A stretch of 63,996 bases of DNA, the filler included, from Asterionella formosa (taxonomy: Eukaryota), in NCBI GenBank assembly GCA_002256025.1. It is 18 parts of 18 records of this genome, joined end to end, with 100 filler letters (N's around TTAATTAATTAA, not from the genome) between each part and the next. Parts side by side here need not be neighbours in the genome. Positions count along the whole stretch, not along the records: positions 1 to 20,891 come from NKIB01003202.1; positions 20,992 to 41,876 come from NKIB01003209.1; 16 more parts are not named here. One strand, written 5' to 3'. The translations under genes and the position numbers were made by a program. This document shows, one piece after another, positions 12,133 to 24,405 of this stretch. The notes under the pieces are model-generated. The model worked only from the letters and a program-made list of their open reading frames with translations. It searched no databases and was not told where the DNA came from. How positions within the stretch are numbered: the first letter of the stretch is position 1; every line of letters starts with the position of its first letter.

Positions 12133-12999
12133 TTGTGCACATATCCCTGAAGACTTTCAGTCTAGTAGAAGGCTCTGTAATAATTTTTGCCATACTTCGC
12201 ACTTTATCTCGTTGCCGCTAGCAAGTGTATGAATTAATGTTCCTGGATTTGAACCCCTAGCTCGAGGTAGGGTTTTGTTTGAATCAGACTTATCAAGCAC
12301 ATAGTTTTCACATTAAAAATAAATGTGTGTAATGCTTCACGGAGCTTTCACCATTAGACGCCCTTTCCATATGCTTCCAAAGGGTCTTCAGACAAAGTAG
12401 GGGTGTACATAGGTCCACTCTATATATTGTCAGGATATAAGATCTGGCAAGAAACTGCAGAAAGGAACTTCTTTTCTTTACTATGCTAAAACGACTAGAA
12501 AATTCGGGGGAGATCTGTTTGTTTGGCATAGTAAAAAACCAAAGTTTCTCTTCTGCAGTTTCTCACTGGAAGGTAAATACTGATGCTATTTGAAGGCTAC
12601 CAATGTATTTAAATCTCCTTCAGAACCAGCCAACATAGAGCTATTGCTGTCCAAAAAATTGACAAAATTGGCCTTTTTACGGTCTCCAAAATCGGAATCA
12701 GAATGACTATGAGCCAAAACATCATAATTGGAATAGTATTCATGTGCCGGAGTTTTTAGTCCTAAAATCTCCTGTCAAGCACATTCATATGTGACTGCTT
12801 CCAGATAATAATATGATTTGTCAACATGAGTTACTTACCTCCATTTGATTTACTTACATCCATTTGATTGGCCTGACCTGCATGGCATTGCAAACCTAAG
12901 CTGGCCACACTTGATGCTGCACATGTATCTTTTTGGGGTGTTTGCCAATACTGTATCCTCTAACATATGAGTACCAGTACTTCTATAATGCAAATTTAC

Positions 13000-14340
13000 T
13001 TGAAAGAATGGAAAGGGAGCATTGCTTTTTCGCTGATGATCATGCATTATGGCCACACTGCTTGCATTGCACATTTGCTTTCCGGATTGCTGTGGTTGTG
13101 ACCTCTGGATCTCCTGTTAACGCCACACCAGCTCTGAAAGTCTTGCCTGATTTATAAACTTGCCTTTCTTGCCGCGAAGTTTCAAATTGTGCTGCAGGTA
13201 TTTTTGTTTTGTTTTCTTTTCCGTTTGAATTGCGCTGTGTAGACTGCATCGTTGTTCCATCGCTTTTCCTTTTGTTTCCAGATGGATTCTTGCAGTTGTG
13301 CATGACATTACCATTCCACATCGTTTGTAGAGATCTTTCATGTTCATTGTGACTCCTTGTGTCTGTTGTCAAGCAACCGAAGCCACTCTATATTTTAGGC
13401 CACCAGATCCTGCAAACACTTTGTTTTTTGGACATCTTCTCGAAACCGCGTTGTTTATTGCTTCATTTATCGGTGTCTTGAAGGGATGATACAACGCTAG
13501 AAGCAGCTTTTCGCCTTCAACTTTTGCTACAACATAAACCATTAACCAATCATACAATGCATTTTCTTTTTTCATGTTGTTCGATTGCTCACATTTTTCC
13601 TGCTTTTACGGTACACCATGTCACAGAACAATAGTCATGGCAGCCAAACAAGTGGTTGATTGGTGCCTTCGAGGATTTGGTGAATTTGCTGAAAGAGATG
13701 TTACGATTTTTCTGGATCCAGGATCCATAATAAACCTTGAGTCGGAGAAAATTTGCTTTTGAAGGTCACTCTAAGGAGACTGGGCCATTGAATTTCAGGA
13801 AAGCAGGGCGGAGAAGGATACAGACCCTGTGCGATGGATCAGAAAGAAAACATGGTCTGGAATATGTAGTGGAAAGCATCTTCAGTCAGGATCTTTTCAT
13901 TTAGTGTTCTTCGCCATTCAAATGCAGACTGTAGAGTCAATAAATCCTTATTGAACCAAGTGGTGACAGCTCAAATTGTAGAATCATCATCACAGTTGAT
14001 TGTATAGTAGTTAACATTGTATTTAGTAATGACATCAACCATCATTTCCACACCCGCATCTGGTTTCGTTGCCTTTGAACTTCCAGTTACATGATTATTG
14101 GAGCAAGAAATTTCATTTCCTTTGAACTTCCAGTTACATGATTCTTGGAACAAAAATGATGCTTGATAGGTTCTTGTACTTTACAGCCCTGTCACACACA
14201 TTACAGACCTTTGATTTTACTCAATTTTCAAGTATCTTTCTTCTGTAGCCACCAATACAGAATGCATGTCCACTTATGGAGTTGCACCTATTCCCACTGG
14301 ATCGATGCTGCCAGCCTATATTGTAGCTAACTAATGGTGA
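13000..14340 (-). mobile_element. Decayed Mutator-like (MULE) transposase pseudogene
   Basis: Collinear minus-strand motifs broken by stops and frameshifts: SYNIGWQHRSSGNRCNSISGHAFCIGG, KSKVCNVC, NHVTGSSKATKPDAGVEM...CDDDST, FLSDPSHR, INHLFGCHDYCSVTWC, HPFKTPINEAINNAVSRRCPKNKVFAGSGGLKYRV, and a C-terminal CKQCGH zinc knuckle. Boundaries approximate. Confidence 0.8.
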
Positions 14341-15857
14341 GTTGCAGCTTATTGAGTACTGACAAGTGTTCTGTACCAGATAGAGTTTTCCACCATGGGG
14401 AATCGCTCAGTTGGATGGGCACTTTGTCTTCATTTTGAAGTTTTGTGGTTCAATTTCCGCAATTGTTTTGAGAAGCAGTTATTGGGTTCAACTCCCACAC
14501 TCCTCACCTTCCCGCGCGGTCTTGCCTAGTGTGAAAGGAAAAGTGGGTTGCCCCCCTAGAAGCAGTGCGACGCCTTCCTAGGCGGTCGGAGTTTCCCCTA
14601 ATACTGCGGCTAAGATGATCACCTTTCGCAAAAGATGATTGGGGACTCCCCTATGCTAACAAAACTAGGGAAGCCCATGGACTTGTTGGCTGGTTGGGCA
14701 ATGAAATTCCACATGTAGCTCCGTGGTCTTAGAAAGCGCGTTATACATTTGTTTCAATTTAGAGTGTTCCAGCACCACTCGAAATCTCGTTCATTTTCAG
14801 CCCAACTGACCTGTTCATGCACATTGAGTGTTTAAAATATTACTTGTCCCATTCCAGCTTCATGACAACCAAGATTAAACTGCTTGTTTATTGCAAAGTG
14901 TTTCGCTTTTATCTTTCTTTTCAAGGATATCGAAAAATTGTTGTCATTGGTTCTTTTCTTGCAGATTCAAGTTTAACAACCTGTTTTTGGCAGCCCAAAT
15001 ACATAATTTTGATGGCGCTTGCCAACCCATATGTCTCCAAGCAACTACACAACAATCAACGGTTACTTTGCTGTGGTTTCGTTGAAGGCCTATTCCAAGA
15101 AGAATTCTCATTTCTCTTCCATTGTAATGTGGTAGGCATTGTTGCTACGAAGGTAAGTTTGCAAAGTCACAAATATTTTGTTGCTATATTCTTCGACAAA
15201 TGTATTAACATAACTTTTGCAAAACACATTTTCCTGCAGCACTGTCGACAATGAAGGATAATTGATGCCTTGATTCGATCTCTGTTGAAAATCTGGTTGA
15301 ATGGTAGATGTTAATATTGCAGTAAGAGGTTCATTTATCGGAATCATCATTTTTCTGAAGAAATAAGCACAATGCTACTACATGAATACCACAAGAAGAT
15401 GAGCAAACGAACAACCAACTACGTCCATTTGATGATGAATTGCTCCAGGCATCATCAATGAACTCATGTTGCTTCAGACTGGGCATGATGGATCATGATT
15501 GGCATTGTAGAAGTGAATTGCTGTACTTTTCAGGTGACAAACTAAAACAAGGTGAATACTAGATATATTATTATTCAAATCTGTGGAGTATATAAAATGG
15601 TTTCCTGATGCAGACCCCCTGCAAATTTTGGCAATCCCAGAATCCCAGGCATGATAAAAAATACATTTTAATGATGGGGTATATTGGACCCATTGCAAAT
15701 GTTGCTGTGAGGATAGTAAATATACAAATTACATTTTATATGATGGGCAACAGCCAGCTAAAAATGGTATTTATGCTCAATGAGTGGGCAGAAGGTGAGC
15801 AAATGGCGCAAAGATAGCTAGGTTGTGAATTGCCTCAACAATAACCTTCTCAATAGC

Positions 15858-16019
15858 TACATGCCTTCTTGTTTACATGTGTGCTTGGCTGGGTTGGCAC
15901 TCATAGGGTAACCTTCTCATAGTGCTGGAGGTGCCACTCATTCGGTCAACCTACTCATGCCAGCACTCAACCTGCTCATGCCACCCAGCCTCAAACACAT
16001 GTATACTTGCAGGCATGTA
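15858..16019. repeat. Imperfect inverted repeat of about 42 bp enclosing about 80 bp (MITE-like foldback)
   Basis: Left arm tacatgccttcttgtttacatgtgtgcttggctgggttggca matches the reverse complement of 15979-16019, tacatgcctgcaagtatacatgtgtttgaggctgggtggca. Confidence 0.6.
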
Positions 16020-16205
16020 TTGCCTTCAGAATTAATGGCTTATGTTGAACATCATCATCAACAACCAGTGGAAGGTAGGCAAACAAGACTATCGTAGTTG
16101 CATCATCTGAAAGTTAAATGTTACACATATAGCTGTATGCCAAAGAGTATTGTCACTTCAGGTAATATTGCTTTTCATGCCAGTCAAGGAAGATACTGTT
16201 TCCAA

Positions 16206-17648
16206 CTAACTCGCCCATAGTGCTGGATGTTCCAAGAGCAATCCAAAGATGCACCTTATGTCATCCAATCCCACAAGCAACTCCACCAAATCACCTTTTG
16301 TTGCCTCTGAATCTCTTACTATTCCTCGTCCCACCTTGTTCAAGGCAGTATAGTACTCAGCCTGGGAATTTTCTTGTAACATGCACTCAACCAAACTGCA
16401 ATTGGATTCGGAGAGCACTTTGACGATTGGAGCAGATGACACATGAATGTTGGTGGCATATAGTAGCTTAAGCTGGGTATTGATGGAGAGAGCCTCGGCC
16501 AAAAATTGCATTGATTCTGTATCTAATCGATTGGCAGTTATATTCAGACTCTCCAAGTGCGATTGCTTTGATCGTAAGAGTGCCGCCACAGCTGGAATAA
16601 AAGTAGATTTTCCATGGCAAGCCATAATGGCCAAGCGACGCAAATTGTTCAAGAGGGGCAGGTCTTCAAAGTCGGATGAGTGTACTGGATTCGACCAATA
16701 CAAATCATACATAAAAATGTAGTTTAATGATGGTAGTTTTAGCATAGTCTTCCAGAATAATCGAATCAAAGCGGAGCTCATTGTCGTTGACATTATCTGA
16801 ACTTGCATTAGCTTGGTCAATTTGCATATTTTGGGCAAAAGTGATTGTTCCAATAGGCTTGCATTACATTCTTGCAACAAGACCTTTGTCACTGGTATAG
16901 ACAGGGAGGAAAAGGCTTTTATCAATTGAGGCAAATTGTCGCTTGCAGCCTCCCATTTTATGGATAATATCCGATTGCCATCGTGCTCCGCTCGCGCAAT
17001 CTCCATAATATTGTCCCCCTGGTGTAGCAATATCAACGAAACTTCCTCGCACTTGAACAGAGTAACTAGTGATTGAATCACATTAAATAAAGAATTCAAT
17101 GCTAGCGGGGTCCATTTTAGAGTGACAAAGGAGTCCAGAGCAGGCCCTGTTGCCAGTATCGGCAGCAATCGCGCACAGTCGCTATGATGCATCAGCGCGT
17201 AGCACAGTGGAAGCTGATTTTGAAAGTCGACTATGGCACTGCCTTCTGAATGACACTTGTGTAGATATTGAATCAACTCCACGCTTGCGTGACTGTAGCA
17301 TGCCATGTGCAGTGGTAATGAATACACAAGCTTGGTAGAGAAGTCATTGCTCCTTACAGAGAGCGGACACGCGGAAACGACAATCTCGATCAGTGGGAGC
17401 GACGCGTTCCAAGCGCACAGTAGGAGCAAGAGTGAAGTTTCACCCAAATTATCGTCCACTCTGTATTTCTCACTTCTTCCGGCCAGTTCTGGATGTTGTG
17501 CGATGCAATCTTTGATTTCAGCTTCAACACTTTGATGCATCCCCTTTCCATGTTTGAGGAGACTCAATAAACGACGCTTTTGTCCTTCCAGGAACTCAAC
17601 GTAATCCCTTCGACGTGATGTGATTTCGAAATCATGAGAGAATTCCAT
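16206..17648 (-). CDS. Ankyrin-like repeat plus RNI-type LRR protein (family expanded in diatoms)
   Basis: 480-aa intronless ORF. LPLHMACYSHASVELIQYL and QLPLCYAL repeats, LRR segments LESLNITANRLD and LAEALSINTQLKLL, C-terminal YYTALNKVGRGIVRD...IFGLLLEHPALW. Confidence 0.75.
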   Translation of the reverse strand: MEFSHDFEITSRRRDYVEFLEGQKRRLLSLLKHGKGMHQSVEAEIKDCIAQHPELAGRSEKYRVDDNLGETSLLLLLCAWNASLPLIEIVVSACPLSVRSNDFSTKLVYSLPLHMACYSHASVELIQYLHKCHSEGSAIVDFQNQLPLCYALMHHSDCARLLPILATGPALDSFVTLKWTPLALNSLFNVIQSLVTLFKCEEVSLILLHQGDNIMEIARAEHDGNRILSIKWEAASDNLPQLIKAFSSLSIPVTKVLLQECNASLLEQSLLPKICKLTKLMQVQIMSTTMSSALIRLFWKTMLKLPSLNYIFMYDLYWSNPVHSSDFEDLPLLNNLRRLAIMACHGKSTFIPAVAALLRSKQSHLESLNITANRLDTESMQFLAEALSINTQLKLLYATNIHVSSAPIVKVLSESNCSLVECMLQENSQAEYYTALNKVGRGIVRDSEATKGDLVELLVGLDDIRCIFGLLLEHPALWAS

Positions 17649-18697
17649 GGTGCTGAGATAACCAATTGATCCGTTCTCTTGCTTGTTGATTCCAAAGCCA
17701 TGGGCGCAGTAACAAATACTTGTTCAAAGCGATGAAGAACGATGTATGCCTGATGCCTTATACACCACGAGTAATAAGGCAATACCACCTGTTGGAGATA
17801 TTATTTTAGGAGAAATCCGGTATTCAAATTACACACAATACTACGAATATTGTCTGCGTACAAACAAGGTGACGTCACCATGTTCCAGGGATTAACAATA
17901 TATTTATGTATTCATATGTACATGTGTAGTTGTTGAATGAAAAAGAATATTGAGGTGGCCCCTCTGCTTAACCGTAGTTTGGAGAAAACGTCACTACCGG
18001 AAGGGTTGTTAAAATGGCATGGAACAGGGAGTTTGCTGCTATGAGCTCCCATGATTCGAGTGTCCATTTGAATATTTGAATTAAATTGGAGTCGGCGCCA
18101 GATAGACAGAGTTCCATTTCAAACAAACAAAAATGATATTTAAACGTTTATGCTATTTCTACGTTGCTGAGTGTAGACAAAATTTTGTTCCACGCCAAAC
18201 ACATATATGAATCAGGAGTATTCTCATGATATTTTTTATTCGTTTCCATCGAATCTCAGTTGCTTTTTGTAGATTTAATATTTCTGGTAGTACATAATCT
18301 CGGTTAATGAGGATGGATGATGAAACTACCGTTGGTACTTATTTTTCCTACCAGGTACCGGTATAAAGAGCATCTAATACATGTGGTTCAAGTATGGCTG
18401 GCGTATTTTTACAAGACCGGGATACTCCAGCCGATCTGGAGCAGGTGAGTAATTCAATTCAACCAATCAGAATATGTGTAGTGACGCGGGAACTTACCCT
18501 GGAGTCTTTTCGGACAGAATTATTCAGCAAAACATACCTACGCAAGACTCTAAGTCTACGACAACGTCTTGCTCGTGCTAATTCCGATTCCAATATTTTG
18601 GTGACTGTTGAAAAAACCGATTGGGTCGACTTTTTGGAAGAGGATTGCTCTACATCTACGGGGTTTCATGACGATGAAAATAACGTCAGGAGTTAAC

Positions 18698-18818
18698 TTC
18701 TGGAGAGAAGTGGCAGTTACGTATCGTGCATTTTTTGAAAAGCTTCGTAGCCCCTTTTTTTGACTAGTTTTGCGGTAGTTATGAATCTATGATACATAAC
18801 TGCCACCTCTCTCCAGAA
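18698..18818. repeat. 28-bp inverted repeat enclosing 65 bp (MITE-like or hairpin)
   Basis: ttctggagagaagtggcagttacgtatc (18698-18725) versus gatacataactgccacctctctccagaa (18791-18818): 26/28 complementary. Confidence 0.7.
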
Positions 18819-20459
18819 ATGTGGTCCTTAACATATCTGTATATAGATCATACCCCAAAGTCGAGCAATGACAGTATCTAAGCATATGCAAAGTGGTCGT
18901 AATGGTGAAAGCTAATTTTCCCTTTAACTATTTTATTTACTTGTACGTGATGGATGGATTGAGGTACATCATAAAAAATGTTGGGAAAAAAGGACCTCGC
19001 AATTTGTAACAGCGGGACCGCAACCTTAAGATCAGAAGAATGCGAAAACAATCTGCACCACCAGTATAACCCAAAATTGTATTAAAACTTTTAGGAACAA
19101 TTACAATCAATCTGTGACATTGTTGTTGTTCATATCTACAGCCTATTTGGTCCCTGACGTATTCTTACAGGATACAAGAAAGCAATAGAGGGCTTCGGGA
19201 CACAATCTCAACACCAGTATCAGGGTACCAGGTAGTCATCTACCACCAGGTAGTATGTTTGTGCATCATGGTATATGATTGCTTCCACATGAAAAACAAG
19301 TCGTTCATGTGGTGCATCTTATTGCAAACACGAGCAAGGTTTACGGGAAATGAAAGATTACAATGATGCAGGGTGGATGGTGGTAAGTGTAGATGGAGCT
19401 CCAGACTGTACTAAAGAAAGTACAACCAGGCAGCAGGTATCTGGTACCAAAATATGGAATACTGGTACATTACCTGCAAGTTGCAGTCATTTTGCTGAAA
19501 TGGACAATAGTTGACACATGGCAGGAGCTAAGTTCAACAGCTAAATCAAGAACATCATCAATTCTCCATTTTCAATTGACTGTCCAGTGACATACGCAGC
19601 TTTTATCTATGCTAAATAATTTGTCTAAATGTGAAAATTTCAAAACAAAGGCAAATGCATAAAGATTGACAATGACAGGTGCATCAAGAGTCTACCATTA
19701 GTGATTATTGCTATTATCTGTAAAATCGTAGTTGGGGATGTCAATTTATATGAATGAAGATGATGATGAAAATGTTCATACATTTAAATACATGTACAGG
19801 CGGAATACCATATAATTCAGTGTTCTGGCCCCCTCAATGTACAAAGCCATGACTGAATTTGACTGATTTTACTTAAGGGGGGGGAGGAAAATGAAGAGAT
19901 TTACCTTACAATGGACCTACCTAAATTTTATCGGATCTACAGGATGGGGCGCATTTTTCTAATATGTATTAGCTAATATGACAACTATTTCCGTCCGGTG
20001 AAAAATGAGAGACTTGCAAGCAAAACACGACTTCATGTTGCTATTGGCAATCTCAATTTTCGTTGTCATTATTAGTGTTATTACTTTAATTCTTTCAGAA
20101 TTGTATTTTCTATGTCGTGCTTAATGTGTGTAGCAAGCAGGAAAGCGTTGTTCTCAATTTTCGCGGAGATAATTCGTATTTTCGACATGGTCAAGATTGC
20201 GACAACATGATGCAGGATTCTCCAGCTGCTCACAACCACTACCTTCGCACTCTAGTGTTTAATATGTACAAAGTAATCGCAAAATCGTAGCTATATATTT
20301 ATGTACCAGTGCCTACGAAGAAAAACCGAATTACAGTACGTTACTTTGTCCATGTCTAGAAAATTATTGTGAGTTTGTTGCCACCACGAAAAAATGTACA
20401 GGGGGGGGGGGGGGGGGGGGGGGGCCGGCGGGGGGGGGGGGGCNNNNNNNNNNCCCCCG

Positions 20460-20498
<39 letters not shown>

Positions 20499-20891
20499 CC
20501 CCCCCCCCCCCCCCCCGCCCCCCGGGGAGGCCAGGACTCTGAATTATACGGTACACAAATCACGTCAGATTTCTTTATGATGGATACATGCCACCTGTCT
20601 ATGGTTTGCATCTAGTCTTGGGCATTTGTTTTTATTCAATGTTTGGGGGCAAATGATACCACACACCAGCAAGTTAAGGTAATTTTGTTGATTCAGGTTA
20701 GCGGCTGACAGGCAGTCACAGGAATTCAAACAAAAATGCTTGGCACAGACCCGTGAAATTGACTCTCACCAAATCAAACTGAGCGGAACGTTTTGGTCCA
20801 AAATATGTCATTTAGATGAACCATAGTGTAAAACGGTTCAATTTACAAGGATTTAGGATGAGATATGTACAATCATTATTTTAACTAGTCA

Positions 20892-20991
20892 NNNNNNNNN
20901 NNNNNNNNNNNNNNNNNNNNNNNNNNNNNNNNNNNTTAATTAATTAANNNNNNNNNNNNNNNNNNNNNNNNNNNNNNNNNNNNNNNNNNNN
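20892..20991. other. Artificial contig spacer N44-TTAATTAATTAA-N44 (first of 17)
   Basis: Identical 100-bp spacers start at 20892, 41877, 43262, 44647, 46032, 47421, 48806, 50191, 51575, 52959, 54343, 55727, 57111, 58494, 59877, 61260 and 62643. TTAATTAATTAA places stops in all six frames. Confidence 0.98.
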
Positions 20992-21298
20992 ATATTATAG
21001 AATTACGTGAACAAAAATTTAAGGCAATGTGAACTGAATTACAGAATTAATTGAAGTATTTCAAATAATTATGTGAAGTATTTCAAATAATTATGTGAAG
21101 GTGATCATGTAATATAGTGATGATCAGGAATGCATGCATGATACTCTTATCAAATAATGAACGTGATGTATTCAGATAATATAAAGAAATATTCAAGTAA
21201 GCATTTTGATGTATTCAACTAATTCATGTGATCCATTCAAAATCAACTAGGCTTATTTACGTGATGGTCACTTCACGTAATACGCGGCTTAGATGTAG
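20992..21298 (+). repeat. Dispersed repeat, copy 1 (two 22-bp units, terminal hairpin)
   Basis: Highly similar to 54580-54966. Unit atttcaaataattatgtgaagt. Both copies end in ttacgtgatggtcacttcacgtaatacgcggcttagatgt. Confidence 0.85.
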
Positions 21299-23769
21299 GA
21301 AACAACCATCCAGATGGCAAGCAAGGGCAAGGAGCCCACATAAGGCCTTAGTGTGTGTGTGTAGACCAGCCAGTATAGGTAGGAACTGAGAGCAGAGAGG
21401 AGGGCCTGTCTGATTCATTGACATTGAAAGATCTAGGGTATATCCTCTGTTACAAGCTGTCTCTCTTCAAAAGTCAAACAATCAAAGCAACAGTGAAAGC
21501 CTTCTTCGCATTTTTGTATCTGACGCAAATTTTTCGGAGAACCTTGACCGAGATCTGCTTTATTGCAACACCTTTGATGAAAATCACCTGTGTCCTTTCA
21601 CTATCAAGCACAAAGTCATCAGGAACAAGTATGAGGGAGTCAACAAATTGATCGACTTCAGTATCTGTAGTAAGAGACTGCATTGTGTTGTTGAAGGTGG
21701 TGGGTCAATCTTGATATACAGTGGTCTCCACTTCAACAGTTGTTGTCTGCATTTGTGTGACTGGTTCCATTTGCAGTTTCATTTGCCTTGCTTGTAGTAT
21801 CTTCGGGGAGACTCCAATGACTGATCTGTTGTAAAAACTACACAAAAACACTTGGGAGTTATAAGATCGCCAATATAAGTAAGTGGCAAGTATAAGTTTC
21901 TGTCTGGTGCCATATAATTCTATCAATGGTGTTGCTTGGATGTACGCAGCCAGCATAAAATTGAAGGAATAGTATATGCCATTAATATTATTGGGGCCTT
22001 GTTGCCTTGCAGGCTTATTTTCGGTTATTTTATTAGTGACAATGGAAATGATACCTGTGTGAAAACGTCAGTATCACTGATACCATTTTTGGAGGGGGCA
22101 AAAAAAGATATCAATTTTGTATCATTGATACAAAATTGATACCATCAAGTTACCGTTGCTGATACCGTGTTTTGATACCAACCGTCACTTTTTGCCCGCA
22201 ACCCGGAAATGATACAGCAATCTCGGAATGATAAGAACGACCCTAAGAGTAAAGTTTTCCAAAATTACTCAAGGAACATTATATTTTCATCGGAAGCTGG
22301 CCTATCTTGTTTGTCAGGCATGGGATGTATCATTGGGAGTGAATTGTAACTGAAAAGGTGCGCATGAAACGTGCACTTCCAGACCTTCCTTGTTGCCCTG
22401 TGCCTATAGGGCACAATTATAGACAGTTCTAAGTTGCACCTGGCGCCTGGTACTCCAATTCTACAAAAACCCAGGGGGTGAGGTATAGTAAATACACAGG
22501 GGCTGTTCTGCTGCACGAATGCGAGTACCAGGTACCCTCACTAGTAGTATCAGGAACAAGTGATTCTATACATTTTATATCAATAGTTTCTGAGACATTT
22601 TGTCGTCAATATTATTTAGATTTGCTTACTATGTAGCGTACTGTGATGCATTACCAAATGATGGAATAAAACTTAGCTGCCGCAGCAGGAGTTCTTTCCG
22701 TTTGCCTGTTCATGATACCGGTACCGTTGGTACTGGCAGGCAATAGTTCGTTGAACATTACATCGAGAGGTCCTCCTGAAGTACCTGGGTACCGCATCTT
22801 TTACACAATACCTGAAGCAGGGCTCTATTGAGTTCCACCTGCTCTTACGCCGTACAGATGGAAAAATCATTCCAGACAGTCAGTCCGTACATTGTATTGC
22901 TACATAGATGCATCGCATTGTCTGGAGGACAGGCGAGCACGAGCTGAAAGAAGCACGGTATTTGTTGATGACTGCATGGACATGGCAGGCATGAATTCGC
23001 AGGAAGCAGGAAAAGACCGCAACCCAAGGAGCCACCAATGACTGCAACTTCCAGCACTTTGACGAACAAGGAAGCCTTTCTCCAGCTGTTCCACATGGCT
23101 TCCCGGAATATTGCTGTTTTTGACACAGTTCCGAAAGCATCCTCCTGATTTGTACCACGTTGGTATTTGTTTATGATTTATTTAGTACTCCAGTACTAAG
23201 GAACATTCTACAAGACCCCAAAGTGCGGGTCGAACGGGCTTCCCATAAATCAAACGTTTTGTCCAATTGAAATGAATCGCATCTTTGTTTCGACGTATGG
23301 TTCAAAATTGCCCCTTTTCCGACGTAGTTAAATGATATACTTCTCACGCATTGTTGGCCATATGTCCTTTTCGGATGTATCATCGCCTGCTGCAGATCGG
23401 CATTATACGTACAGTATTCACAAACGTTAGTATTCTTTAACGGGACATTTATATATGTACGTACCTTCTTACATAATTGAACCGTTACGTGGCCAATAAC
23501 TTGAATGCAGTATCTTTTCTGTACAAAAAATTGGGAATGCTTTTTCTTTTTTCAGTTCAGCGTTCGCTTTCCAACAAAATTATAGTACCAGGTACCAATA
23601 CTCTCATGGTTTACTGGTAACTTTCTTATATTTCATATTTTTATTAATTGTTAGTATTAGAAATTAGTGACAGGGTGGTCATCATTTTTTATATCCCCCT
23701 TTTCAACAGGATTTGCTTAGATTGTTTGTTGTCTTAAAAAACCCGTGAAACCTTGTCAGCAATCTCGCA

Positions 23770-24405
23770 ATGAATCGAAGGAATGCTGCACCTCGCAGCT
23801 TTAGACCTCCATTCTCTCGAGCCTTGAATCGCAGAGGTGATAAGAAGCGAGCTCCATCGATCGATGAAACTGTCGTCTCTCACGATAGCGCCAGATCCCT
23901 CGATGTGTCCTCATCACGAAGCAAAAGCAATGCTGGACCATTGATGAGTCAATCCAATATTTTCAAGACGACTGCAGTGCCGGCTGTCGAGATTCCTTCT
24001 ATCAAGGAAGTGAAGGAGTTTGAGATTCCCAAAAACGTTGAAGCTGTTTCCAGGCTTCCAGACTCCGATTTCCGTATATCTGAAACTTTCAGTGTTTACC
24101 AACAGTCACCTGTTACAATTATTACAAGAGATGATGGTCTTGAAGATCCTGACTACGATGAAATCAAACGTCGTTCTCGCTTGCAGGCCTTGAGAGTTCA
24201 AGAAATGCACTACGGCGAAGCGCATCCCGACGTGGTCTTCTCATTGCAGGGACTGTGTAACTTTCACTGTAAACGAGGTGAATTCCGGCAAGCTCAGAGA
24301 GTTCATGACGAAGCCTGTCGACGCGCACCACGTGGTACAATTGCAGGACCTCCCGTGGAAATTACTCTGCACTTTCCCTTTGCTGAACCATCACTTTCTT
24401 CCTGA
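23770..24405 (+). CDS. Hypothetical protein with one kinesin-light-chain-type TPR repeat
   Basis: 211-aa ATG-started ORF, low-complexity N-terminus, C-terminal QALRVQEMHYGEAHPDVVFSLQGLCNFHCKRGEFRQAQ. Confidence 0.65.
   Translation: MNRRNAAPRSFRPPFSRALNRRGDKKRAPSIDETVVSHDSARSLDVSSSRSKSNAGPLMSQSNIFKTTAVPAVEIPSIKEVKEFEIPKNVEAVSRLPDSDFRISETFSVYQQSPVTIITRDDGLEDPDYDEIKRRSRLQALRVQEMHYGEAHPDVVFSLQGLCNFHCKRGEFRQAQRVHDEACRRAPRGTIAGPPVEITLHFPFAEPSLSS

Noticed and set aside
18394..18696. 100-aa ATG-started ORF
   Set aside because: No recognisable motif, located in repeat-rich intergenic DNA.
20401..20525. Poly-G and poly-C tracts giving Gly/Pro-rich ORFs
   Set aside because: Homopolymers flank a 10-N gap, which is typical of a sequencing or scaffolding artifact.
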